Part shown: piece by piece, positions 1 to 9,422 of the stretch | Layout of the letters: the number at the start of each line of letters is the position of its first letter | Numbering within the stretch: the stretch's first letter is position 1 | NCBI GenBank assembly: GCA_965231215.1 | Contig: OZ246423.1 | Coordinates: 288,001 to 352,000 of the forward strand | Source: Candidatus Altimarinota bacterium | Lineage (GTDB): Bacteria > Patescibacteriota > Gracilibacteria > UBA4473 | Direction: 5' to 3' | Length of the DNA: 64,000 nt | Notes under the pieces: model-generated | Seen by the model: only the letters and a program-made list of their open reading frames with translations | The model's database searches: none | Told to the model about the DNA's origin: nothing | Program-made: the position numbers and the translations under genes

Positions 1-2
1 TT

Positions 3-281
3 GAAACCTTCGCTCAGCTCGACCCAGACTTTCTGGCCTTTGAACCCCCTGAACTCATCGGAAGCAGTGCTAAATCTGTAGCCACAGAAGAGCCTAAATC
101 TATTGCCGAATCGGTAGAAGTCAGTGGTGGCATTCCCCTCCTTGTAGGCGCTGGAATCAGTACGCCAAAAGACATTGAAGTCAGCCTTAAACTCGGAGCC
201 AAAGGCTTCCTTGTAGCCAGCGCGGTAGTAAAGGCAAGCAACCCACAAAAGAAGCTTAGAGAACTCGTAGCCGCCTTTTAG
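3..281 (+). CDS. tpiA: Triosephosphate isomerase, archaeal-type, 3' part (5' end outside window)
   Basis: Frame 3 reads ...AFEPPELIGS...LLVGAGIS...GAKGFLVASAVVKA...AAF-TAG. EPPELIG and GAGI/LVAS are archaeal-type TIM motifs. Not in the supplied ORF track. Confidence 0.9.
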   Translation, partial: ETFAQLDPDFLAFEPPELIGSSAKSVATEEPKSIAESVEVSGGIPLLVGAGISTPKDIEVSLKLGAKGFLVASAVVKASNPQKKLRELVAAF

Positions 282-323
282 GAAGCTAAAAGAATTTATT
301 AGCACATTAACAAACTAACTCTC

Positions 324-650
324 ATGAAATCCAAAGCTCAAAAATTCACCTCCCAAAACGCCTGGCTCTACTATATCTTTGGTGGCAGTGTGCTGGTGTA
401 TTTTTGGCTGACTAAAGAGTTTATTATCTGGACTCTCAATTACGGAGATACCGACAGCACCATCCAACTCTACATGTACACCATCGGAGTCATCTGGCTA
501 CTATCTGTATTCTTTAACTGGATTGAACTTAAAAAATTCCTCAACACCTGGTGGCCAGGGGTGTTACTAGCAATATTCCCACTCCTCATAATCCCACTAG
601 TTCTCCTGGTTCTCTTTGGGCTTCATTTAGTAGAAATCTGGCTTCAGTAG
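324..650 (+). CDS. Small membrane protein (about 3 TM helices)
   Basis: 108 aa with three hydrophobic stretches. Confidence 0.7.
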   Translation: MKSKAQKFTSQNAWLYYIFGGSVLVYFWLTKEFIIWTLNYGDTDSTIQLYMYTIGVIWLLSVFFNWIELKKFLNTWWPGVLLAIFPLLIIPLVLLVLFGLHLVEIWLQ

Positions 651-2314
651 ACTACGTCTAATTTTATCTGATCAGTCAGATGCGGAAGATTATTCACCCA
701 GAATGGGGTAATCGTCATTTTTACCACTGATTCAATTTCTGGATGATTGACAAGCATACCTCGAGCTTCACTTGCACTTTTCCCTAAGATTTCTTTTTTC
801 AGCAACTGCTGCCAGTCTCGAGCAAACTGGTTTTGAGCTTCAAAGTCCAGGGTCTCTACTCCGCCCATAGTCACCGACAACTTCACCCATCCCTTTTCCA
901 CAAAATCTTCCGTTTCTAACACTCTATATTCAACGGTATTTTGGTCTATTTCAATAATCTTCTTACGGTGGTCTTGGTTTTCTTTTATTTTTTCAGACAG
1001 GATTTTAACAATTGCAGACTGATCAAACACCAACCCCGACATTTTCAAAGCCCCCTTGACTTCAAATGCCTGCAGGGGTTGTCCGGTTTGCGTATCATCA
1101 TATTCATAAGACAGTAACTCTGAAGTGAGCAACTCCCCTTGCTCTAACAATATATAAGCCTTGTCTTCACGATCACTTCGTTTGGCCAGTTCTTCTTTCA
1201 GATTTTCGGTCGCTCGAATTCTAAACGAGTCTTCTAATATCGGTTGGGCTAGTTCTGCATCCGTCTCCCCTACAAAATAATTCGTGAGCGTTGACCCTCC
1301 TACTAGTGGCCCCTGGTTGGCTTTGGCATAATAGAGTTCCCGAGTTTCTTTACGGAGTGCCGGGAAATAGAGTTCTGTTCCCGCATCAATATTTCCACGC
1401 GATCCAATGGGTTTTTCATCGGCGTCATACTCAAATGCTATGACTTCTACTGTCGCTTCACCAGGCTTCCCTTCAACTCGAGGTGGCACCGTCACATCTC
1501 CCTGCATCTGCAAAATCACTCCATCTTCAGACGCTAAGCGTGAAGGCAGTAAGTATTTGGGTTCTTCGGTTTCATTAAAGATCGTCACCTTTCCCCGAGC
1601 ATTCGTTAGTTCATAGGTTCTTCCCGTCGAAGGGAAAGTTTGCGTATCGCTCACTTCAGTCTCTACTCTGATCCCCTGGATCTTTGGCAGGTTTTTATCA
1701 CTCGACGCAAACTGGGCATCTGGTAGTCCTACCACAATGTTTTGGGTTACTTCTGAAGTAGATATCCGAGGTTTGATCACAATTTCTGCCTGAGGCGAAA
1801 TAACAAAAAACACACTCCCCAATCCTCCAATAATAATCAGTAACACAAAGAAATACACTCCCCTCAGAGACTTTTCCTGCGTGAGGTTTTCAATCTTACG
1901 GGTCAAAAATTGAGGTTTGGACGTGTTTTGAACCTTGGGTTTGGCGTCTATTTTTTTGGCTTCAAACACATTCTTTTGCGCCTCTATTTTTCCAAAAAAA
2001 TGACTCAAACTTTGCCCCTCAACCCCCTCATATTCCTCGGGTTCATATCCCTGAACGGTAAATTTATGCTTATTAAGACACTGGTGAAAATATGTTTTTG
2101 GGGTTACGAAGATGATATTCTTTTTAGATTTCAGAACCGCTTGCCGTAACCGTTTCAAAAAAACCAATTCAGTAATGAGTAAAAAATCCCTATCCACTAT
2201 AAAACATATATCGGTACTTTCAGTAGTTTTCAAAAATGTCAAAACATCCGCCGCGGTATTACCCGACTTGAGGTGAATTTTGAGTTTTTGATTTTTTTTC
2301 ATCGCGTCATTCAA
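644..2314 (-). CDS. Membrane-anchored protein of the CPR baseplate J/gp47-like family
   Basis: Single TM followed by PQAEIVIKP, ARGKVTIFN, VTVP, GNIDAG, GGS and PFW motifs typical of this family. Start uncertain (TTG). Confidence 0.65.
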   Translation of the reverse strand: MNDAMKKNQKLKIHLKSGNTAADVLTFLKTTESTDICFIVDRDFLLITELVFLKRLRQAVLKSKKNIIFVTPKTYFHQCLNKHKFTVQGYEPEEYEGVEGQSLSHFFGKIEAQKNVFEAKKIDAKPKVQNTSKPQFLTRKIENLTQEKSLRGVYFFVLLIIIGGLGSVFFVISPQAEIVIKPRISTSEVTQNIVVGLPDAQFASSDKNLPKIQGIRVETEVSDTQTFPSTGRTYELTNARGKVTIFNETEEPKYLLPSRLASEDGVILQMQGDVTVPPRVEGKPGEATVEVIAFEYDADEKPIGSRGNIDAGTELYFPALRKETRELYYAKANQGPLVGGSTLTNYFVGETDAELAQPILEDSFRIRATENLKEELAKRSDREDKAYILLEQGELLTSELLSYEYDDTQTGQPLQAFEVKGALKMSGLVFDQSAIVKILSEKIKENQDHRKKIIEIDQNTVEYRVLETEDFVEKGWVKLSVTMGGVETLDFEAQNQFARDWQQLLKKEILGKSASEARGMLVNHPEIESVVKMTITPFWVNNLPHLTDQIKLDVVY

Positions 2315-2375
2315 GGTAATAAAGTGGTCTGAAATTGCAATGGCTTGAGATGATAATTTTTTTACACATTTTTAC

Positions 2376-2403
2376 TTGACTTAGGTATACCTAAAAATAA
2401 GGT
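2376..2403 (+). promoter_or_regulatory. Putative sigma70 promoter with an embedded perfect palindrome TTAGGTATACCTAA (2381-2394)
   Basis: TTGACT at 2376-2381, TAAGGT at 2398-2403, 14-bp perfect palindrome between them. Confidence 0.4.
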
Positions 2404-2427
2404 GTGCACATAAGTTCAATAAAAATT

Positions 2428-2442
2428 TGCAACTCAGTTGCA
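2428..2442. promoter_or_regulatory. Putative Zur/Fur-family operator TGCAACTCAGTTGCA
   Basis: Perfect 7-1-7 palindrome. A near-identical copy at 7650-7664 precedes the COG0523/Zur genes. Confidence 0.7.
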
Positions 2443-2485
2443 TTTAACTATTTTCTTTCTGAATTTTTTAAATCTTATTCCAGCC

Positions 2486-3034
2486 ATGACTAACATTTCT
2501 GTTCCATGTACAAATAGCTGTGACGCAGCTACAAACTGCCCAGTAAAAGCTTTAAATTCCTTCAAACCTTTAGATCCTGATAAAGAAAGCGTTGTTTTGG
2601 GAATGCTATCTACTACAGAACAAATTCATTCACTGCTTGAAGAAATGGGCCAAGACCCTGAGCATGGTGATGAAATTCAAGTTTTACTATCTAAACCTTG
2701 CTCTGGCACTAATTCTTGCGGTCATAAATGTGATGCACATGAATTAGGTCATCATGGAGATGCCGTTAAAGTTGATGAACGTTCTGAACATATCTGCGAT
2801 CCAGAAAGTCTTCAAGAATTAGCTGATGCTATTGGTAGAATTATAGCTAACTGTACTGACCACGATCATGTACACCAATTAAAAACATCCCTAGACAGTT
2901 TAAGAAGCTTCATTTCTCAACTTAGAGCTATTCGTGAATGCACAAGAAAATTATGTGCATATGCTAAAGATCCAGGAGACCCTTTTCCATCTGCCCCAGA
3001 ATTTAGTGCTAGTCAGCTTCCTAAAGATTTCTAA
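2486..3034 (+). CDS. Cys/His-rich hypothetical protein, possible metal-binding
   Basis: Many Cys and His residues (CTNSC...NC, CSGTNSCGHKCDAHELGHH, HDHVH). ATG 2486 preferred over TTG 2438, which lies inside the operator. Confidence 0.7.
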   Translation: MTNISVPCTNSCDAATNCPVKALNSFKPLDPDKESVVLGMLSTTEQIHSLLEEMGQDPEHGDEIQVLLSKPCSGTNSCGHKCDAHELGHHGDAVKVDERSEHICDPESLQELADAIGRIIANCTDHDHVHQLKTSLDSLRSFISQLRAIRECTRKLCAYAKDPGDPFPSAPEFSASQLPKDF

Positions 3035-3048
3035 TTTTAACTTAAAAA

Positions 3049-6000
3049 GTGGGACTAGATAACCCAGAAGTCAAAAAGGAAAGTCTAACGATCATCCTTG
3101 ACGAAACTTTGAATAAAGGTAAGCATTTTTCATTGAAAAATGTTTATGAAGCCGTTAAAGAAAAAGATGGCAAGACTCCAAACGCAGAAAGATGTTTAGC
3201 TGCTATTCCGTTCTTTATTAATGGACTAAATTTCAAAGGACGTTTAGGTGATGTTTCTGGTAAAGAACTAGCTTCATTTATAGAAGAAAATCCTGATTCA
3301 GTTCTTAGCAAATTTGTCAGTCTAGGCGCTATTGATACAAAGGAAGAAACTCCACAAGAAAAAATCCAAGAATTCTATGCAAAAGAGCTTGAAGCTATCT
3401 ATAAAATTGTAGCCAAACAAAAACAAGGGGGGGAAAGGGTTAAATCTAAAGATATTGCAGAATATTTACGAAGTACAAGAGACCCAGAAAAAATTGCCTT
3501 AGCTGAACTACTAGAAAAAGAAGAAGCTATAAGCAAACCTAAATGGTTAGCTTTTTCGACTCAGAAAGAAGTGCAGTACAACCAAAAAGAAACTCTTTCT
3601 ATCACTGCGTTTTCCGGCTCTATCGACACCAAATATCCAGGACTATGGAACAACATTACAGAGCTAGTAACCCAGTTCCAAAAAGATCATCCAGAATACG
3701 GTCATCCCACCAAAACAGAGTACTTTATCAAAAAATTCACCGAGATTAAAAAATCTCGTGAAGCTGAATACAACGCGGCAGAGACCCGTGCTATTGATAC
3801 CTTCCTTACAAACCTTCCAGATAACCTCTGGGGAGATTTGGATAAAGCCGTAGCCGAATTCCAAAAAAATAATCCCCGCTTCACCGGCCCTAAACAAGCC
3901 GAGTATTTTAAACGCGTCATGCAAGAGCGCATTGATAAATACAATGCCGAAGAAACCAAAGCTATTGATGACTACTTAAATAATCTAGCGGTTGATGATC
4001 CACTCTGGAGTGACCCAGAAAAAGCCGCTCAAGCCTTCCATGCGGCCAACAGCAAGTTCGCTGGCAAACACAAAGTAGACTACTTCAAAGAACGATTAGA
4101 AGCCGCCAAGCTCAAAAACCGCGAAGCCTTCAACACCGCTGAAAACAAAAAACTAGATGCCTTCTTTGACACCCTAAGTGTAGAAGAACAAGACCAGCCA
4201 AACCTAGTCCTACAAAAATTCCAAGCCCTCAATCCAGAATACAGAGATGCAAATAAAGCTCAGTACGTCAAAAATCGTCTAACCGAATACAGAAAATCAA
4301 AAGAAGCACTCTTTAATGCGGAAGAAAACCAAGCTATTGATAGCTTCCTTTCCAACGCAGAAAGAAGCAATCTTTCACTCTTTGATAATCCTGAGCAAGC
4401 CGCAAACCAATACCAGTCTCAGACCAAATTTAAAGGCGCCGCTAAAGCCCAGTACTTTAAAACCAAGCTTGAAGCCAAGCGCAAAGAAGTCTTTAAATCT
4501 CAAAGTGAAAGCTTTGCCAGCATAGCCAATTCTCTAGGTGATCCAGAGATCAGCGCCGCTATGATCGCCTCATTTGAGTTTGTAAATTCATTAGAGGTTC
4601 GAGGTAATTACCTCAACGGGCAAGGCAGCGAAAGTATTAAAGCCAAAGTCGCCCAATACAAACCACTCATCGGCAAAATCAAAGCCCAAGAGCCAGAGCT
4701 ACTGGAGCGCAGTAAAGCCTTCCCAGAGCTGGCCCAAATGCTCACCCAAGAAAGCACCCAATACCAAAACGGTAAAAAGGTTTATAACAGCAGCTTCTAT
4801 TCTCCACGAAAGTATGCGGAATTCTTAGACCAATTCCAGGCTCAACTCACCGCCAAAGAAACCTTAGAAAACCAAGAAAAAACTCAAGCCCTCAGTATTA
4901 TTTCACAAAAGAGTCTCAAAGACGCTCCACAAATCCGCCTTCAAAATCCTACTTACGAAGCTTTTACCGGGCAGCTCAAAAAGGCTGGGTTTTATGGCCT
5001 CAAAAAAGAACTCTACCAAGATCCAGAAATCAGGCAGGCCATCGCCAGTAAAAACCGAGAAATATACCAACACTGGCTTAGTGAGCAAGAAAAACACATT
5101 GATAAAAATAAAGTTCAGGAAACCAACGAAACCAAAGCCGCCGTTAGCATCGTCAACCGTAGAACCCTCAAAGATATCCCAGATATTCCGGCTGGCACTA
5201 AAATGGACTACAACCAGTTTAGAGATCATCTGAAAAAGAATCGGTTCTACAACATCAAACCCGAACTTTACGAAAAAGAAGCCGTCCGCAACGCTATCGC
5301 GGATAAAAATAGAGCCCTCTTTCTCGAATGGCGAAAAGACCACGAGGTCAATACCAAATTTGGGATGGCTCAAATCCAAAAAGCCCAACTCCCAAAGAAC
5401 CTCCCCCAAAATCTGGATAAACAAGCCTTTATCAAAACCCTTGGCATTGATAAAAACTTTTATGGTATCCCAGATCATGTCTATGACCTTCCAGAAGTCA
5501 AAGCCACAGCCTGGGCCAGAACCGATCAACTGTTTGCCCTGTATGAAGCCTCAAGTGACCAACCAACTCCAGAAAATGTCCTAGACCAACAAGCCCTTAA
5601 CGATCATCAAAAATTTGTGAACACCGTTGATCAGTTTGGACGAGCCGCACTCCAAAAGCCTACTGAATTCACTACCTACGAAGACTTTGAAAAAGCCTTC
5701 TTCTTGGCGCATCCAGACCAAAAAGCCCTATTCCTTGACCCTAAAACTTATAAAGAATTACTCCAAAAACAATGGAACATCATTGATAACCTCAATGCCA
5801 AATCTGACCTAGAAAAAGCCCGACAAGAAGAATCAGAAACGGCTCTTGAACTTGAGAATCTAAGTCCTGAAGACACCGAAAATCCGGATAAATACGAACC
5901 TATACCAGATCAATACAACGTTAACTGGAGACGATTTGGCCAAAGACTTTCGCCCCAAGAACAGATGAAAGGGATGGATAGATTTATGCGTATTCATAAC

Positions 6001-7632
6001 AGACCAGAGACCGGCCTGCAAAACCTAATGCAGCACTTTCACCAACCCCTAGCTGGGTTTATTTTGGAAGCTTTGGCCGTCATCCCTCAAGACAAATTCG
6101 ATATCCTAATGCAGAAGATGAAAGAAACTTCTGTCCGTTCAGGCAGTCAAGAAGACGCCCAAAACTGGCTACACGTATTCTGTGAAAATATTGGTATGAG
6201 CTACCTAGCCAAAGAAACACCAGAAGCCTTTACAGAAATGAAGCAAAACTACCAAACACGATTCAGCAGTAGCTTTGAAAACGATGCCAAATCTAGAACC
6301 GAAGAAGCCGAAGCTGAAGACGAAATAGTAGATATAGCGCCTGAAAATGAAGAAGCTGATCTAGAAGCCCTAGAAGATGAAATTGTACCAGAAATACTGG
6401 ACGAAGACGCAGATGATCTAGAGGCTCCAGCAGATGAATTAGATCCAGAGATTGATGAACCTATACTTGATGAAGATAGTGAAGCACTTGAAATCCCAGA
6501 ATCCGAAACCCCTGATCTAAAAACACCAGTCGAAGAAATGGCAGATGAAGAATTAGATAAAGTTGAAGGTGAAATCCTCACCCCAGAAACCGATCACAAC
6601 ATCATTGAGCCAAACCTGACTGAATTTGATCATGAAGCACAAGAACTCCAAACCGACGAGCAAATTGAAGACGTTGATATCATGGAAGACGCTGAAGTGG
6701 AAGCTGACAGCATCCTAGAGGACGATGAAATAGAAACTCTACTCGAAGAAGAACTCGCTGAAGGTGAAGACATCCAAGACCAAGACAGAGAAGCAATGTC
6801 TGAAATCCTCAATGATGAAATGGAAGCCGAAGAAGCCCTCACCGATGACACTGAAAGTGCAGACATCACCGATGAAGCACCAGTAGCCGATCTAGAAACT
6901 ATAGATGAAGATCTAGCCGACCAAGCACTTGAAGCTCAAGATAATGAAACCGAAACTGTAGACCAAGAACCAGAACTCATTGATGAGGTGGAAGAAACAC
7001 TAAAAGCCCAAGAAGAAGCCGCTCAAGCCGTTGAAAAAGCAGAACAAAGACGAAAAGAAATTATTGCTCAGGCCTTTGATAAATTCTTAGAAGAAAACTG
7101 GCAGCAACAAGCCGCAGAGCGAAATAGTACTCTTACTCGAATGCAGGTAGCCGAAAACATGCGATTCCAAGAAGAAATAGAAGCACCACAAGAAACCGCT
7201 ACCCAACTTAAAGAATCTGAAACCAGCGAACGTCCAGTTATGACCGACCCAATCGCTCAGATTAGGCTACAAACGCACATGCGTCAGTTCTATGCCATGA
7301 ATGAAGAACAAATGCACTTCTACACCAATCTGTTTGTTGAAATGCACTTCCAAGGCGACTACCAACAAATCGGCAAACTACTCCAAAAAACTAAAAGCTA
7401 CGCCCAATTCGCTCTAAACTTAGGCATTAAATTAAACATTGATCCATCCATTTTCCATCAAGAGATTACCGGTGACTCAGCCAGAGAAATCTTTAACGCA
7501 ATAGTCTCAGAGCTACATAAAACAAGAGCGAAAAAAGGTATTTTGATTACCGCTAAACCAGGAGTAATAACCTTAAACATCGGAAGTCAAAAGAGCCAGT
7601 ACACATTTAAAGCCGAAACCTTAGAGGCTTAA
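3049..7632 (+). CDS. Giant (1527 aa) repeat-containing protein with an acidic low-complexity region
   Basis: Long ORF with two classes of internal helical repeats and a D/E-rich segment. Confidence 0.85.
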   Translation: MGLDNPEVKKESLTIILDETLNKGKHFSLKNVYEAVKEKDGKTPNAERCLAAIPFFINGLNFKGRLGDVSGKELASFIEENPDSVLSKFVSLGAIDTKEETPQEKIQEFYAKELEAIYKIVAKQKQGGERVKSKDIAEYLRSTRDPEKIALAELLEKEEAISKPKWLAFSTQKEVQYNQKETLSITAFSGSIDTKYPGLWNNITELVTQFQKDHPEYGHPTKTEYFIKKFTEIKKSREAEYNAAETRAIDTFLTNLPDNLWGDLDKAVAEFQKNNPRFTGPKQAEYFKRVMQERIDKYNAEETKAIDDYLNNLAVDDPLWSDPEKAAQAFHAANSKFAGKHKVDYFKERLEAAKLKNREAFNTAENKKLDAFFDTLSVEEQDQPNLVLQKFQALNPEYRDANKAQYVKNRLTEYRKSKEALFNAEENQAIDSFLSNAERSNLSLFDNPEQAANQYQSQTKFKGAAKAQYFKTKLEAKRKEVFKSQSESFASIANSLGDPEISAAMIASFEFVNSLEVRGNYLNGQGSESIKAKVAQYKPLIGKIKAQEPELLERSKAFPELAQMLTQESTQYQNGKKVYNSSFYSPRKYAEFLDQFQAQLTAKETLENQEKTQALSIISQKSLKDAPQIRLQNPTYEAFTGQLKKAGFYGLKKELYQDPEIRQAIASKNREIYQHWLSEQEKHIDKNKVQETNETKAAVSIVNRRTLKDIPDIPAGTKMDYNQFRDHLKKNRFYNIKPELYEKEAVRNAIADKNRALFLEWRKDHEVNTKFGMAQIQKAQLPKNLPQNLDKQAFIKTLGIDKNFYGIPDHVYDLPEVKATAWARTDQLFALYEASSDQPTPENVLDQQALNDHQKFVNTVDQFGRAALQKPTEFTTYEDFEKAFFLAHPDQKALFLDPKTYKELLQKQWNIIDNLNAKSDLEKARQEESETALELENLSPEDTENPDKYEPIPDQYNVNWRRFGQRLSPQEQMKGMDRFMRIHNRPETGLQNLMQHFHQPLAGFILEALAVIPQDKFDILMQKMKETSVRSGSQEDAQNWLHVFCENIGMSYLAKETPEAFTEMKQNYQTRFSSSFENDAKSRTEEAEAEDEIVDIAPENEEADLEALEDEIVPEILDEDADDLEAPADELDPEIDEPILDEDSEALEIPESETPDLKTPVEEMADEELDKVEGEILTPETDHNIIEPNLTEFDHEAQELQTDEQIEDVDIMEDAEVEADSILEDDEIETLLEEELAEGEDIQDQDREAMSEILNDEMEAEEALTDDTESADITDEAPVADLETIDEDLADQALEAQDNETETVDQEPELIDEVEETLKAQEEAAQAVEKAEQRRKEIIAQAFDKFLEENWQQQAAERNSTLTRMQVAENMRFQEEIEAPQETATQLKESETSERPVMTDPIAQIRLQTHMRQFYAMNEEQMHFYTNLFVEMHFQGDYQQIGKLLQKTKSYAQFALNLGIKLNIDPSIFHQEITGDSAREIFNAIVSELHKTRAKKGILITAKPGVITLNIGSQKSQYTFKAETLEA

Positions 7633-7649
7633 TTTCAATAATATCGCCT

Positions 7650-7664
7650 TGCAACTCAGTTGCT
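7650..7664. promoter_or_regulatory. Putative Zur operator TGCAACTCAGTTGCT
   Basis: Near-perfect palindrome 36 bp upstream of the COG0523 GTPase. TTGCAACTCAGTTGC is identical to 2427-2441. Confidence 0.75.
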
Positions 7665-7700
7665 TTTAAATATAAATTTTACAAAAAATATTTATTGTGA

Positions 7701-8894
7701 ATGAATAAAAAACTACCCGTAACCGTACTGTCTGGCTTTTTAGGCGCTGGGAAAACCACACTTCTAAACCATATTTTAAATAACCGAGAAGGCCTAAAAG
7801 TCGCTCTAATCGTTAATGATATGTCAGAAGTAAATATTGATGCTTCCCTCATTAAACAAGGAGAAGCGAACCTCTCTCGAACCGAAGAAAAATTAGTAGA
7901 AATGAGTAATGGATGTATCTGTTGTACCCTCCGCGAAGACCTATTAATTGAAATAAAACGCCTGGCCCAAGAAAACAAATTTGATTATCTCGTAATCGAA
8001 TCTACCGGAATTTCTGAGCCTCTGCCCATAGCTGAAACCTTTACCTTTGATGATCAATCAGGTGAAATTTTGTCTGATTTTGCAGAGCTTGACACCATGG
8101 TGACCGTGGTGGATGCGGCCAACTTTTTGGATAATTTTAGATCTACAGAGTTACTACAAGATCGAGGAGAATCCCTCGGCGAAGAAGACGACCGAGACAT
8201 AGTAAATCTACTGACCGACCAGATTGAGTTCTGTGATGTGCTGATTCTAAATAAAATAGATCAAGTCTCTGAAGACGAAATTACAAAAATCAAAAAAATC
8301 ATTAAATCACTCAACCCTGTCGCTGAAATTATTGAAACCACCCACAGCCAGGTACCACTAAAAAAAGTAATCAATACCGGAAAATTCAGCTTTGAGCGAG
8401 CCGCGCAAGACCCTATGTGGCTCAAAGAAGCCAGAGGCGAACACGTTCCAGAGACTGAAGAATATGGCATCAGCAGTTTCGTCTATAAAGCCAATCGCCC
8501 ATTCCATCCTCAGAGATTTTGGGAATATTCACAAGAAAGCTGGCCCGGAGTGGTACGAGCCAAAGGGTACTTTTGGCTCGCTTCACGTTGGGAATATGTA
8601 GGCGGTTTTTCTCAAGCGGGAAAAATGCGTAAGTTAGACTGTGCCGGTAACTGGTGGGGAGTTTTGGACGTAGAAGACTGGCCAGAACAAATCAAGTTAT
8701 TGGCTGAAAAAAATAACTGGGACAAACGCTACAAAGATAGACGCCAAGAAATAGTCATCATTGGAATCAAACATAATAAAGAAGAAATAACCGAAAGACT
8801 CAACCAGTGTTTAGTTACCGATAGTGAGTTCGAAGCGGGCCTAAACGAGTGGCAAAAATTTGAAGATCCTTTTCCCGCCTGGGAACTAACCTAA
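7701..8894 (+). CDS. COG0523/CobW-family zinc metallochaperone GTPase (ZigA/YciC-like)
   Basis: [29 protein letters not shown], and CobW C-terminal RAKGYFW...RRQEIVIIG. Confidence 0.95.
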   Translation: MNKKLPVTVLSGFLGAGKTTLLNHILNNREGLKVALIVNDMSEVNIDASLIKQGEANLSRTEEKLVEMSNGCICCTLREDLLIEIKRLAQENKFDYLVIESTGISEPLPIAETFTFDDQSGEILSDFAELDTMVTVVDAANFLDNFRSTELLQDRGESLGEEDDRDIVNLLTDQIEFCDVLILNKIDQVSEDEITKIKKIIKSLNPVAEIIETTHSQVPLKKVINTGKFSFERAAQDPMWLKEARGEHVPETEEYGISSFVYKANRPFHPQRFWEYSQESWPGVVRAKGYFWLASRWEYVGGFSQAGKMRKLDCAGNWWGVLDVEDWPEQIKLLAEKNNWDKRYKDRRQEIVIIGIKHNKEEITERLNQCLVTDSEFEAGLNEWQKFEDPFPAWELT

Positions 8895-8926
8895 ACCTAA
8901 GTGTCTTTTTGTTAATCATAAATCCG

Positions 8927-9307
8927 ATGCGAGAAACCCCCCTACTCAAAACCGTTATCAATATCCTTGAGACTCAAGACCGACCGCTTTCTGTGCCAGA
9001 ATTAACCAGACTGCTCAAATCAAAAAAATTAGCGCCCAACAAAACGACCCTTTATAGACTACTGGAAAGACTCAAAGAACAAGCGCTCATTCAGGAAGTT
9101 TTACTCAATAATCGGGTAACCCATTACGAGCTCAAAAAGAAACACCATCATCATTTTGTCTGTAATCAATGCGATTATGTAAAGTGTATTGAAGACAAAG
9201 AACTCGAAAATAAAATCCATCAACTCAAAGACCAACTCAAAGACCAAGGCTTAGACATTAACCAACACCAATTTTCTTTTTCTGGTTGCTGCCCAAACTG
9301 CCAGTAA
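8927..9307 (+). CDS. Fur-family transcriptional regulator, probably Zur
   Basis: TTLYRLL helix, HHHHFVCNQC, terminal CPNC; adjacent to COG0523. Confidence 0.9.
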   Translation: MRETPLLKTVINILETQDRPLSVPELTRLLKSKKLAPNKTTLYRLLERLKEQALIQEVLLNNRVTHYELKKKHHHHFVCNQCDYVKCIEDKELENKIHQLKDQLKDQGLDINQHQFSFSGCCPNCQ

Positions 9308-9422
9308 CCCTCAGAGCGCTGTTGATAAAACTCAGCTTTAAATCCCAGCACAAGGCCGAAAAATAATGGATAATAAAGTTTTTAACTTTGCCCTTTAAAA
9401 TTCCAACTCTACACTTTATCCG

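Noticed and set aside
14-241. 75-aa minus-strand ORF
   Set aside because: Antisense shadow of tpiA.
6249-6869. Ser-rich antisense ORFs
   Set aside because: Shadow frames of the acidic GAA/GAT-rich region of the 1527-aa gene.
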